Both the position numbers and the translations under genes were made by a program. Below, piece by piece: positions 54,864-64,000 of a stretch of DNA of 64,000 nucleotides. The notes beneath the pieces were generated by a model, which did no database searches, was not told the DNA's origin, and worked only from the letters and a program-made list of their open reading frames with translations. Source of the DNA: a virus; IMG/VR virus record IMGVR_UViG_3300037258_000279, positions 1-64,000 of that record; one strand, written 5' to 3'. The stretch's first letter is position 1; every line of letters starts with the position of its first letter.

Positions 54864-57800
54864 TTATTGCACGGGCGTATGATTGGCGTCGTACCAGCCC
54901 TTGCCATCACTGTAGATAATCTGGCCGTTCGGCATGGCGGCTGCTTTGCCAATGGCCCACGAAGGAGGTGCTGCCGCTTTCTGCGGCGACTGACTCTTAG
55001 GTGCAGTCCCTGGCGTTGTGATCTTGGGGGCAGTAGCAGACGTTTCTCCCAGCATCGTCTGCACATTCTTTTGCGCCATAGCCGAAATCTCGGTTGGCGA
55101 TTTTCCGATGTTTCCAACGTTGCCTTGGAGTGTTTTTTCTTCGGCCTGCACAAGCCGCGTGTATTCCGCGCTGTGTTGGAACCCTGTCGGGTCTTTCTGG
55201 TACGCCGCACGCTTCTGGTCGGCGTCGGCAAGATCGGTAGCTTCGCCTTTTGCAACCATCTCCTGCAAAACGGCGTTGGCGCCGGTGGCTGGTTTTGCCG
55301 TGCCGACGTTGGGGAAAAACTTCGCGCCGCCGTTGGGTTCGTTTGGACTGGGGAATTTCAGCGAATACCAGAGGCCGTTGGTCTTTTGACCGGGATGATC
55401 TGGATCGTCACCGGGGCCATAGACCGGCGGATTGTATTCCCCGAGTTGCACTTTGATCCCGGCGAGTTGGAGATTTGCCGCCGTCGCTTCCGCCTTTGAC
55501 TGCGCCGCGGCTTGGCGATCGGCGAGTTCGGCGGTGCCATGCGCCATCTTCCACTCAAGATCAGCATTGCGCTGCTGATAAAGCCTGTCAGCGGCCGTTG
55601 CTTGATCTGCGACACGTTGCGCTTGGATGTTCAGGCGCCCTTCGGTATTTGCAGAACGCTCTGCATTCATCTGCCCCATCATCTGGGTTCGATTCTCGCT
55701 TGCTTCTGCGCGTTCTTGCCCTTGAAAATAGGGAGACGCCGCGCGGAAACCTTCGGCCACTGCGTTCGGCGAACGCGAACCCAAGGCGGAAAGGCCCGCC
55801 ACCATCAGCGGCATCCAATTGTTGGACAACGAGAAACCGCGTCGCGCGCTGTCCGGATAATCGCTGGGGCCGAATCCTTGCCCTTGCGTCATCATGCCCA
55901 TGCGCCGGCCCATGCCAGGCTCCGTCGCCTGTGCTGTGTCGGGGACGCCGGCCGCGGCGGGCAAGAGACTGAGGCGCGTGTTGCGCGGCGCCGCCGTGTT
56001 GCTGCCGGCCAGTGACGGCCACTCGCTGCTGAGCGCCTGGCGGATCTGATCGGTTTTCCCGGCCTTGAAATCGTCCACCAGGTTGCCGCCGGTGACATCG
56101 TTGTAGCGCTTCTCGGCCCAGGACAGTCCCGCCTTGACCTGCGAGGGCGCGCTGAAATCGTTAACGCCAGCGAGCGCAGCCGCTTGGTGCCACGTTCCGG
56201 GCTCGAGTTGTGGGATTCCCGCAGCGTGCGTCGGCTTTCCATCTGGGCCAACACCGCCTTGCCAGCCAGCATCAGCCGGATGCTGCCTCATGTCGCTGAA
56301 AGTGCCTCCGCCATAAAGCGTGTTCGCCTTGGCGCCCTCGCCTTTCCACAGGAAGTTGGCGAGCGCCGTCTGAGTCGGATCAAATCCCGCCGCTTTGGCA
56401 AGATCCGGCGACACCGGACCTCCGACGGCACCGCTGCTCGATGCTGGCGGCTGGGCTGCTATCGGCGGCATGGCCGATGCCGGTTCGGAAGACCGCGCCG
56501 CCGGAGGTGCCGCAGGCGTTGCCGCGGGCGTAGTTGGCGGTGGGCTGGCTCCCATGCCGGCTGCTGGGGGTGCCGCTGTGGGCGGTGCTGCCGATGCGGT
56601 GGCTACCGCGCCGCGCATTGCCGGGGCTGCGCCCATGCCCATCACCCCAACGCCAGCGTCAGGACCGGCGGCGTCGCGGGCCTTGAGCGACTCATGACTG
56701 CCTTCCCACGGTGTTTCAGCCGAAGATCCAGCACTTCCGGTCCAATCGGCGCCATGCGGCCGCGACGTGAAGGAACTTGGCTCGGCCGGTGCCGGAACTG
56801 CGTCCGGCGACGGCGAATCTTGTGTCAGTCCCGACTCATACCATTGCACCAACGGGCCGTTGAAGATTTCCGATGGTGACGCATCTCCCGGATTTGGTGC
56901 GGCGACATCACCGCCATCGTCGAAATGAGCGCGCCCACCACGGTGGTAAAAGTTACCATAGCTCAGTGGTATCCCGTTCATAAATGAATCTGATGCTGGA
57001 CTGCTTGGAGCGCCATTACTGCCTGCACCGCCTGCCCAAGTCGGGATCGATGCGCCCGGGCTGAGCGCACTGATAACCCCGGCCATCTGTGGCTCAGAAG
57101 CGATGGTATTCGCGCCGGTCGCGCCCTGTTGTGGCAGAGGGACATCCCAATTGCCTAGACCTTCGCCCGGTACTGCATTGGGCGGCGCGTAGAGTGAATT
57201 GCTGAGTTGCGGTAGCGCGACGCCGTTGCCGGTCGGAAGACTCGTCACAAAAGGCGTGGCGCCGGGACCTCCACTTTCGCCCGATGACGTACCAAGAAGC
57301 GGCGCATTATCCGCCGGGCCAGCCGGTGCCGACGTCGCGCCAGGCTTAGTTGTCCATTGGCCGCTCGAGAAGGATGCCTCGGGATAAAGTCCCGCGGCGC
57401 CTCCCGCTGCGTAACCCGAGCGTTTCAGCGTCGGCAATCCGAGATCCAGCACCGTGCCTTCGGATGGGTAGCGCACCTTCACCGTATCGCCGGAATGATC
57501 GACGATCGGGTGAGGGTCGAGCTCGCTCTCTGTGACGTAGCCAGGTGTGGTATCTCCACCCGTCGCGAGACTTGCTCCCGGAACCGGTTGCGACATCGCT
57601 ACCTGCGCTGTTCCGCCGGATGCCGGCGGGGCCGCCGTTGCACCCGACGCGCTGGCACCAAGGGCGCCGATCCCGGCATAGCTCGGCGACACCGGCGCGG
57701 TTTGCCCCATGCCCATCTGCTTCGATTTGAGCGCGCGCTGGATGTATTGGCCCTGCGGGCTTGTCGGCGGGACCGCACTCGCCAACTCCTGGAGTTTTTC

Positions 57801-59363
57801 CGTCGGCATCGTCATAAGCTGCTGATAATAGCCCTGGGCATTCGGCGAACCGCCCATGACACCGGTAGCCGCCGCAATATCCGCGGTGCCTCCATCTTGC
57901 AGACGAATCGCACCACCGCGCTTGTCACCCGACAGAAGACCCGATTTTTTTAGCTGCTCGGCACCCTGCAAGAATTGCGTGCCGTTCTGCGTTCCGAATC
58001 CCTGATTGGCGGCGCTTGCTGGCATCTGTGGAGCCTTGGGCGGCCCACTGCCTTTGACGGCCGGTCCTGGCGCCGAGATGTAGTCGAGGCTGAGCCTCGG
58101 CACAGTCGGCAATTGTCCGTTGGTCGCTTGCGGTGCCGGCGCCGAGCCCATGCCGATCGAGCCGCCACCATCGAAGTGGATGCGGCCACCGCTCTTGATG
58201 AACTTTGCGGCAAGACCCGCGAGACTTAAGAGATCGCCAAGCCCACCACCGCCGCTGCTCTGAGTCTGAGTCACGTCGGGCTGGAACGGGCTAAGACCCG
58301 ATTTGGTGGAAATGCCGCCCGGTGCGCCTTGCGGGATGTAGGAGAGATTGATTTCCGGCACGCTGTTTCCCATGCCAGGCACGATCGGCAAACTCAGGCC
58401 ACCACCACCAGCGCGATGGATACGGCCACCCTGTTTCGCGAGGCCATTATAGGCATCGACAGCGTCTGTACCGATAGAGCCGACAGCGTTGCTGGCACCC
58501 GACAAATTGTTATAAAGCCCATATGCGCCCAGCCCCGTCAGGCCGAGGCCCGTGAGCTGCGACAAGGCGCTTTGGCCTGGCGTCGTCGTCGATCCCGTGC
58601 CGCCGGAAAGCGAGCCGGTGCCCTCGACGATCGGCGCCAAGAAACCAAGCTGCTGATAGGGATATGCCTGCTGCTGGACAAACTGCTCGTAGGGAATGTT
58701 GAGATTTTCCTGCGCGAGCTGCTGCTCCAAGCCACCGGCTTGAAGTTCGGCTGAAGCGCCGGTGAGCGCCTGGTTCTGCGCCTGCGTGCCCAGGCCCGCC
58801 ACGCCAAATCCTGCCTGCGACGAAAGCCAATCCTGCGCTTCGTTCGCGCCAAGCGCTGTTTGGTAGCCCTGCTGCAAGGTGTTCGCCATCGTCGGCGCTT
58901 CGGCCAAGCCTTGCTGTTGCGCCGTGAGCGCCTGCGCGACGGCTTCGCGATCGCCGCCATATGCGTTTGCGAGAGTGGCGTTGCCGGCGACTTGCTCGAG
59001 TTGTTGCGCGTTCTGTTGGTTAAAGAGATTGCCGAGCGAGCTTGTGACGGCGCTCGTGTATGGGCTCTCGTAGTTACCAACGGTATTGTAGAGCGGTGCG
59101 GTCGCGGCGCCGAATTCCTGCGCCGCCGAGTTGATGTAGGGTGTCCCGATGCCCTGTGAATTACCGATCGTGCCGAAGGCTTGCTGTTGCGCCGGCGTGA
59201 AACCGGCAACCATCGGACCGCCATACTGCGACAATGGCTGCTCGGCAACATTGGTCGCCGCGCCGGTCAGTCCTTGATATGCCTGAAGGACTTGGGGCGG
59301 CGGTCCGCTCGTGGTCGTTGCCGTGTTTGTGCCGGCGGTCAAGCGCCATCCCCCGAATTTCAC
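54864..59363 (-). CDS. internal virion / DNA-transfer protein with lambda-R-like lytic transglycosylase domain
   Basis: Gln/Ala/Gly-rich N-terminus (AYGGDR, QQQAYPYQQL); GEG..LYGG..AAG.PQ..TW..DFS..SQ..EWPSL. Confidence 0.82.
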   Translation of the reverse strand: MKFGGWRLTAGTNTATTTSGPPPQVLQAYQGLTGAATNVAEQPLSQYGGPMVAGFTPAQQQAFGTIGNSQGIGTPYINSAAQEFGAATAPLYNTVGNYESPYTSAVTSSLGNLFNQQNAQQLEQVAGNATLANAYGGDREAVAQALTAQQQGLAEAPTMANTLQQGYQTALGANEAQDWLSSQAGFGVAGLGTQAQNQALTGASAELQAGGLEQQLAQENLNIPYEQFVQQQAYPYQQLGFLAPIVEGTGSLSGGTGSTTTPGQSALSQLTGLGLTGLGAYGLYNNLSGASNAVGSIGTDAVDAYNGLAKQGGRIHRAGGGGLSLPIVPGMGNSVPEINLSYIPQGAPGGISTKSGLSPFQPDVTQTQSSGGGGLGDLLSLAGLAAKFIKSGGRIHFDGGGSIGMGSAPAPQATNGQLPTVPRLSLDYISAPGPAVKGSGPPKAPQMPASAANQGFGTQNGTQFLQGAEQLKKSGLLSGDKRGGAIRLQDGGTADIAAATGVMGGSPNAQGYYQQLMTMPTEKLQELASAVPPTSPQGQYIQRALKSKQMGMGQTAPVSPSYAGIGALGASASGATAAPPASGGTAQVAMSQPVPGASLATGGDTTPGYVTESELDPHPIVDHSGDTVKVRYPSEGTVLDLGLPTLKRSGYAAGGAAGLYPEASFSSGQWTTKPGATSAPAGPADNAPLLGTSSGESGGPGATPFVTSLPTGNGVALPQLSNSLYAPPNAVPGEGLGNWDVPLPQQGATGANTIASEPQMAGVISALSPGASIPTWAGGAGSNGAPSSPASDSFMNGIPLSYGNFYHRGGRAHFDDGGDVAAPNPGDASPSEIFNGPLVQWYESGLTQDSPSPDAVPAPAEPSSFTSRPHGADWTGSAGSSAETPWEGSHESLKARDAAGPDAGVGVMGMGAAPAMRGAVATASAAPPTAAPPAAGMGASPPPTTPAATPAAPPAARSSEPASAMPPIAAQPPASSSGAVGGPVSPDLAKAAGFDPTQTALANFLWKGEGAKANTLYGGGTFSDMRQHPADAGWQGGVGPDGKPTHAAGIPQLEPGTWHQAAALAGVNDFSAPSQVKAGLSWAEKRYNDVTGGNLVDDFKAGKTDQIRQALSSEWPSLAGSNTAAPRNTRLSLLPAAAGVPDTAQATEPGMGRRMGMMTQGQGFGPSDYPDSARRGFSLSNNWMPLMVAGLSALGSRSPNAVAEGFRAASPYFQGQERAEASENRTQMMGQMNAERSANTEGRLNIQAQRVADQATAADRLYQQRNADLEWKMAHGTAELADRQAAAQSKAEATAANLQLAGIKVQLGEYNPPVYGPGDDPDHPGQKTNGLWYSLKFPSPNEPNGGAKFFPNVGTAKPATGANAVLQEMVAKGEATDLADADQKRAAYQKDPTGFQHSAEYTRLVQAEEKTLQGNVGNIGKSPTEISAMAQKNVQTMLGETSATAPKITTPGTAPKSQSPQKAAAPPSWAIGKAAAMPNGQIIYSDGKGWYDANHTPVQ

Positions 59364-59397
59364 AGAACCGGGGCGTACTTTACCCGAATGACGACGC

Positions 59398-59940
59398 TCA
59401 ATCCACTCTGAACAAGGCTCCTACCTGCCGACCGCCCCATCGGCGCCAAAGCCGGAGCATCCCCTCGAAGTGCTCGCCTTGGTGGACAAACCCGGTGAAT
59501 AGCGGAAACGGCAGTTTGTAATTCTGCTTCTCGAGATCGGCCCTCATCGAATCGTGCGCCCAATGCGCGAAGGCGCGAAGGTCGGCTTCGTGATTCTCCC
59601 GTGCTTCAGGCCGGAGAAATACCCACAACTCCGTCAGACTTGTTCCAGGGTCGGTGAACCACATCGCGGGCTCGAGGAAGAGGCCGATACTGCCGACCAG
59701 GCGCCCGTCTTTGCCGTCGATGATCCCGACGATGCCCATGCGCTCGTCACTCGGCGTCGTCCGTGTCGCCAGATTTTGCCTGGTTGCCGTCTCGATCCGC
59801 GCGAGCACGATCTCGGGACGAAACGGAAATCCCCAACCATTCTCGTTATTTTTCCACATATCGACAAGCAGCGCGTAGAGCGCGCTCTCGTCGGCCATAC
59901 CGGCTACGCGGACGCTTTCAGGCTTCGGTGTGAGCACCAC
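59398..59940 (-). CDS. GNAT-like virion-module protein
   Basis: VGSIGL..WF..LTELWVFLRPEAR; position typical of podovirus tail modules. Confidence 0.65.
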   Translation of the reverse strand: MVLTPKPESVRVAGMADESALYALLVDMWKNNENGWGFPFRPEIVLARIETATRQNLATRTTPSDERMGIVGIIDGKDGRLVGSIGLFLEPAMWFTDPGTSLTELWVFLRPEARENHEADLRAFAHWAHDSMRADLEKQNYKLPFPLFTGFVHQGEHFEGMLRLWRRWGGRQVGALFRVD

Positions 59941-60893
59941 TACTTCTTCGGCGGCGGCGCGTTTTTCAGGAATTTTTTGGTGTGATCGCGGACACGCTTA
60001 ATCATGTCGTCTATCGTTGCATGGCCTTTCTTGAAGTCGCCGTTGCCGAACGATCGCACGCCGCGGTGCAGGTAGAGCTTGCCGTCTTCGGGGTCGCGCG
60101 CCACCCAATTCTCCGGCGGCCAGACGAATTCGCCGCCCGCCGCCAAGATGCCAACCCGACCCGGATAGCCGCCGCGCGCCATCATGGTAGCTTGCTCGGA
60201 CGGCGGCCGCGGAATGGTGTGGCCGTGATCCTCACGCGGGAGCGCCGTACCCCAGGGACCGATGCGCGATGCGAGCGTCAGGATGCGCGCGCCGGCGAGC
60301 GTGTTGCCCTGGCCGACGCCGCTCACGACATCGGCGGGCGCCACATGCGCTTCCGTGCCGACCGCGAGCGGCAAGCGATCGGTGCGGCCGGCGATCGAAG
60401 AGTCGATCAATCCCCCATGGAAGGGGATATCAGCTTGGCGCGCCTCGCTGCGCTCCCACCAGGGATTGTCCTGGCCGAAGGACGGCTGGCCGCCGCTGTC
60501 GAAATGGGCTCGAGTCCCCATACCGACGTCGCCGCCGGTATAGAATCCCGTATGCGCTCCGCCGGCCATGCCGCGCGCTTCCGATCGCTCCCACCAGGGC
60601 GATGCTTGGCTCGGACTGATAGCTTTACCGCCGCCACCGCCCATGCCTCCGGCGCCCCCAGCACCGGTCATCTTGACCGTGCCAGGCGCCTCAAGGTGAA
60701 ATGCCGGCGCATGGTGCATGCCGGGAATACCGCCAGCGGCAAGCCCCTTCGTCGCGGCGAATTCCCGGATTTTGGCAAGGCTCATCGAGTCGGAAAGTTT
60801 TCGCACCTCGGCGCTGGCATGAGCCAAGTGGCCGCGCTTATAGGCATCGGCCATCCCGAATAGATGTTGTTGGGCCGCGCTAACCGCCGGCAT
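59940..60893 (-). CDS. putative internal virion protein (DUF3008-like N-terminus)
   Basis: MPAVSAAQQ..REFAATK; GRTD.L..VAPADVVSGVGQGNT..G; repeated xxGG and PWWERSEAR. Confidence 0.75.
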   Translation of the reverse strand: MPAVSAAQQHLFGMADAYKRGHLAHASAEVRKLSDSMSLAKIREFAATKGLAAGGIPGMHHAPAFHLEAPGTVKMTGAGGAGGMGGGGGKAISPSQASPWWERSEARGMAGGAHTGFYTGGDVGMGTRAHFDSGGQPSFGQDNPWWERSEARQADIPFHGGLIDSSIAGRTDRLPLAVGTEAHVAPADVVSGVGQGNTLAGARILTLASRIGPWGTALPREDHGHTIPRPPSEQATMMARGGYPGRVGILAAGGEFVWPPENWVARDPEDGKLYLHRGVRSFGNGDFKKGHATIDDMIKRVRDHTKKFLKNAPPPKK

Positions 60894-61170
60894 CTTGGTT
60901 CTCTTGTTCGGTGCCTACAGGTCCAGAAATTCCGGGATACGGCGGCTTCAGCGGCGCGATGAACTCGACCCAGCCCTGCACCTGCACGTCCATGCCCGTC
61001 GCGCGCGACAACGCATCCCGAACTTCGATCGCCATGCGGAACGGCGTTGGGCGAAGAATCACGACATTGCCGCCCTCGGATGCATCTCTCCCCTGTTGTA
61101 CAGCGATCAACACCGCTTCGACAGCTTTCGCGAACGCATGGCGCTCGATATAGACCGTACCGTTGCTCAC
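60880..61170 (-). CDS. hypothetical protein
   Basis: 96 aa, overlaps neighbours. Confidence 0.55.
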   Translation of the reverse strand: MSNGTVYIERHAFAKAVEAVLIAVQQGRDASEGGNVVILRPTPFRMAIEVRDALSRATGMDVQVQGWVEFIAPLKPPYPGISGPVGTEQENQDAGG

Positions 61171-61466
61171 GAACCCCTCGCGATCTGGCGCGTAATGTCC
61201 ATGATGTCGGGCTTTGGCGACTCTTGCGCAAAGCGACCCGGAAAACTAGCGAACATTCCTGCGTCAATGAGGACACAAAGCGTATCCATAAGTTCTCGTG
61301 ACGGCCCTTTGTAGGGCAGCGTGTCCATCACGGTTTTAGCGCCAATGCCCTGTAATCCATGGGCATAGGCTTTTACCCATTGATCGCGCGCGACAGCTTC
61401 CTCTTTGCACTGTTTGCACGTGTCAAAAAAGATCCTGCCGTGTGGACAGCGGTTGAAGAGTGTCAT
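61167..61466 (-). CDS. hypothetical protein
   Basis: 99 aa, CPHG..CKQC. Confidence 0.55.
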   Translation of the reverse strand: MTLFNRCPHGRIFFDTCKQCKEEAVARDQWVKAYAHGLQGIGAKTVMDTLPYKGPSRELMDTLCVLIDAGMFASFPGRFAQESPKPDIMDITRQIARGS

Positions 61467-61957
61467 CAGGCGCTCCGGCTGATATGGCTCCGGCGCGGCC
61501 CGAGCACGCGGCGATGATCACCTTCGCCGACAGGTACGTCCATCAAGGCCGGCGCCGGTGTACCAATCTCGGTGCCGACAGGCGCCAGCGGAGCGGCTTC
61601 GGGCTCTGCGCGCGCGGCATCCGGACCGGATTTGCCCGATGCCTTCATCGCGCGCTCGCGCTGTTCCTGTTCCGCCACTTCGCGATCGCTGACGGGAATC
61701 CATTCCTCGGTCAGCTCATTTTTCTGGGACCGGCGCACCGCAACCAGATCGCCGGTCTTTTGCGTAGCACCGCCCTTACCCAGGACGACACCTAGGATCT
61801 TGACCATCACAACATCGCGTCCGAATGTTTCGATGACTTCCGAGCGCACCATCTCGCCGGGGAGCGTGACGGTCAAAAAACCGCCGACCTCCGGAGTGAA
61901 CTCGCCGCGGCGCGCATGAACGGGCCGGACAGGATCAAGATATGTGGGATTGGGCAT
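61466..61957 (-). CDS. hypothetical protein
   Basis: 163 aa, AGGA RBS. Confidence 0.7.
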   Translation of the reverse strand: MPNPTYLDPVRPVHARRGEFTPEVGGFLTVTLPGEMVRSEVIETFGRDVVMVKILGVVLGKGGATQKTGDLVAVRRSQKNELTEEWIPVSDREVAEQEQRERAMKASGKSGPDAARAEPEAAPLAPVGTEIGTPAPALMDVPVGEGDHRRVLGPRRSHISRSA

Positions 61958-62026
61958 CGGCTTTCCTGTGCGTTAATTCGCGTAAGAAATTTAGTACAAA
62001 ACCGCCCATCGTGTCGAGAACCAATG

Positions 62027-63118
62027 CTACGCGCTGGTGCCTCCTAACATAGTTTGCCACTGGCCGGTGGTCAGACAGAACACGAAAATCCTCTTGCCAT
62101 TGGTCAGAGCGACTCCTACCGATCCCGCAATCCCGTCGATCGTATCTGTGCCATTGCCGAAAATCTGCGCGGCTGCGGCGCCATCATTGATGACCACACG
62201 GAAATCCGTGGCCACAGCCGCCGGCAAGACGGCGCTGTTTGCCGCTGTCGCGCACACGGCGATCCTGTTCATCTGCGCGGCCAGTACCGGCGCGCCAGGT
62301 CGGCCGCCACCGACAAGCGCCGTGATGCCGTCGAGCGCCGACGGCATGATCTCGCCCGTCGCCGAGAGATTGGCAAATCCGGCCGTTCCGGTGAATGTCG
62401 GCGAGGCCGACAAGGCAACGTCGCCGGTGCCGGTGACGGCAATCTCGGATGGCGGCGCGGGTCCCCCGGTCAGGTTGCCGAGGATCTTTGCGGAACTGAC
62501 ATTCTGGATGAGCGGGTAGGTGATATTGGCAAGCGAGATGTCGGCCGTAACGATCGGGCCGAAACTCGGCATTCCGCCGACATTGCCGTGGAGCACGGTC
62601 GTTGTGGCTCCAAGACTGCCCAGCGTAAATGGCGCCACCCCTGCGCCGCCGCCCAGCATGATCTGGTTTGCTTGCAACAGACCGGAAGAGCCGATTTGCT
62701 CCACCCCGGTAAAGGCCAGGACGCCGCCGGATGTCCCGCTCGTCAGGCCGGTGCCGCCCTGCAATACCGGCAGTGCCGCAGCGAGGTGCACGGACTGCAC
62801 GAACGGATTCGGATAATCGCCGCTCAAGTCGCCACCGGCCGCCCCTGAGGGCTGGCCAAACGCGTTGCCGGTGCCGCCCTGCGTCAGGGGCAGCGGGAGC
62901 GCCAAGTGCGTAGCGACGACGAATATCGGCCCTGGATAGATTCCCGACAGATCTCCCGATGCTTTCGCGCCAAGGTTCGATTCGATGACCTGCGCCTGTG
63001 CATTCGTGGCGTTGACGAGGTCCTGTAGCGTTTGCAGAAAGAGTGCCCATGGCGGACCGCCAGGACCAGGCTGGACCGGTGGCGGACCGATCGGCGGGGC
63101 GCCAGAAGGTTCGGCCAT
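62027..63118 (-). CDS. tail fibre-like structural protein
   Basis: repeats ASGDLSGIYP / AGGDLSGDYPNP and LP..QGGTG. Confidence 0.75.
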   Translation of the reverse strand: MAEPSGAPPIGPPPVQPGPGGPPWALFLQTLQDLVNATNAQAQVIESNLGAKASGDLSGIYPGPIFVVATHLALPLPLTQGGTGNAFGQPSGAAGGDLSGDYPNPFVQSVHLAAALPVLQGGTGLTSGTSGGVLAFTGVEQIGSSGLLQANQIMLGGGAGVAPFTLGSLGATTTVLHGNVGGMPSFGPIVTADISLANITYPLIQNVSSAKILGNLTGGPAPPSEIAVTGTGDVALSASPTFTGTAGFANLSATGEIMPSALDGITALVGGGRPGAPVLAAQMNRIAVCATAANSAVLPAAVATDFRVVINDGAAAAQIFGNGTDTIDGIAGSVGVALTNGKRIFVFCLTTGQWQTMLGGTSA

Positions 63119-63121
63119 AGC

Positions 63122-64000
63122 CTATAGTTTCCCGTCCGGCTGAACTCTGACGCGTGGCGTGCCGAAACGCGCCCATGATCCGAGTGCGCTGAAATCGAGT
63201 CTGAGCGCCATCTCGCGCGCCCTGATGCCCATGATCGGATAGGGCACAAGGCGCCCGATACCGACGAGCTGCGTCGTCGGCGTGATATTGAAGGGACCCA
63301 CCTCCGTTGGCGCCTCGCCGGGAAAATTCCGGAAGAGGAAATTCACGTTGAGATTTGGCGTCTCTCCCTCCCACAAAAAATCCGGAATGAATCGATTCGC
63401 CAGAACGATCTCGCCGCCGCTTGAGATATCCGTGTACCCCGACTGCACGAACGAACCCGCCATCGCTACGCCATCGGCGTCAAAGCCGGTGTCCTGCTGC
63501 TGGATTAAATTGTTGAGGTCCACACTCAATGGAGGGCCAGGCTGGTTGAAGTCGGTCCACGCCGTGCGCGCCAGGGGCCCGCTTCCCTTGTCCCAGGTAT
63601 TTTCGGCAACGTTGTATTTGACGTAGGAATCGATCTCTCCTGTCCCTCCCGATTTCGAGGGAAAGAAGAACATGACTTCGGAATAATGATAGTCGGTCGC
63701 GGCGACGCATTTGTCTTGGTTGGCTTGGTCCAGATCCTTGAAGACGAAATCCCAAACCGTGCACGGGATCTGTTCGGCACCGCTTGAGCCCATGCGGAAA
63801 AAGCCGTGGTCACTCATCCAATACGGCACCGAGCCCAGAACTGTCACGGCATTTTGCGCAATCGCGCCGCAGTTCGATCCGATCTCGACGAACGAAAACA
63901 CCAGCGGGAAGCCGATGTATTGCATTGCCCAAACATCAATGTCCGTCCAGATGAAGGCCCCGAGCGGCGTCTGAATTCCGGCATTGATTCGGCTGCCGCG
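63122..64000 (-). CDS. podovirus tail / head-stabilisation protein (gp10-like), cut by the window end
   Basis: beta-propeller-like WMS..GFF, IPCTV.DFVF, EV.FFFPS, LARTAW, RFIPDF, PDG C-terminus. Confidence 0.8.
   Translation of the reverse strand, partial: RGSRINAGIQTPLGAFIWTDIDVWAMQYIGFPLVFSFVEIGSNCGAIAQNAVTVLGSVPYWMSDHGFFRMGSSGAEQIPCTVWDFVFKDLDQANQDKCVAATDYHYSEVMFFFPSKSGGTGEIDSYVKYNVAENTWDKGSGPLARTAWTDFNQPGPPLSVDLNNLIQQQDTGFDADGVAMAGSFVQSGYTDISSGGEIVLANRFIPDFLWEGETPNLNVNFLFRNFPGEAPTEVGPFNITPTTQLVGIGRLVPYPIMGIRAREMALRLDFSALGSWARFGTPRVRVQPDGKL

Noticed and set aside
45363-63974. Long plus-strand ORFs opposite the virion genes
   Set aside because: GC-rich antisense shadows with no motifs
1-64000. 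Retron, DGR or integrase/att site
   Set aside because: No reverse transcriptase or recombinase motifs recognised, and no duplicated tRNA 3' end noticed

Overview
This GC-rich window looks like most of a tailed (podovirus-like) bacteriophage or prophage, probably infecting an alphaproteobacterium (inference from gene content). No integrase, terminase, portal or capsid gene was recognised inside it. Layout: (1) 1-6.6 kb, small leftward genes (DUF5131, RHH/HTH proteins); (2) 7.4-21.5 kb, rightward early/accessory genes, with a type II hammerhead ribozyme, an AAA/VWA module, IS1595 debris, and a solo Cas7/RAMP-like gene whose operon carries two non-coding arrays of NN-GGY pentamers punctuated by RGCAGGC; (3) 21.5-29.4 kb, leftward replication genes (helicase, MTase, primase, class II RNR, RusA, GIY-YIG); (4) 29.5-35.4 kb, rightward genes (HIRAN, Dam-like MTase, RecT); (5) 35.5-37.8 kb, leftward patatin/lipoprotein/membrane genes; (6) 38.5-42.7 kb, a leftward array of 37 tRNAs covering all 20 amino acids, plus tRNA-like and other structured RNAs and two HNH genes, preceded by a candidate leader-peptide attenuator; (7) 43.2-64 kb, leftward lysis and virion genes, including a 3144-aa polyvalent protein. 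The strongest novelty candidates are the RAMP + pentamer-array locus (putative RNA-guided system, 18.5-21.5 kb) and the attenuator in front of the tRNA operon. All family assignments are by eye from motifs; no searches were run.
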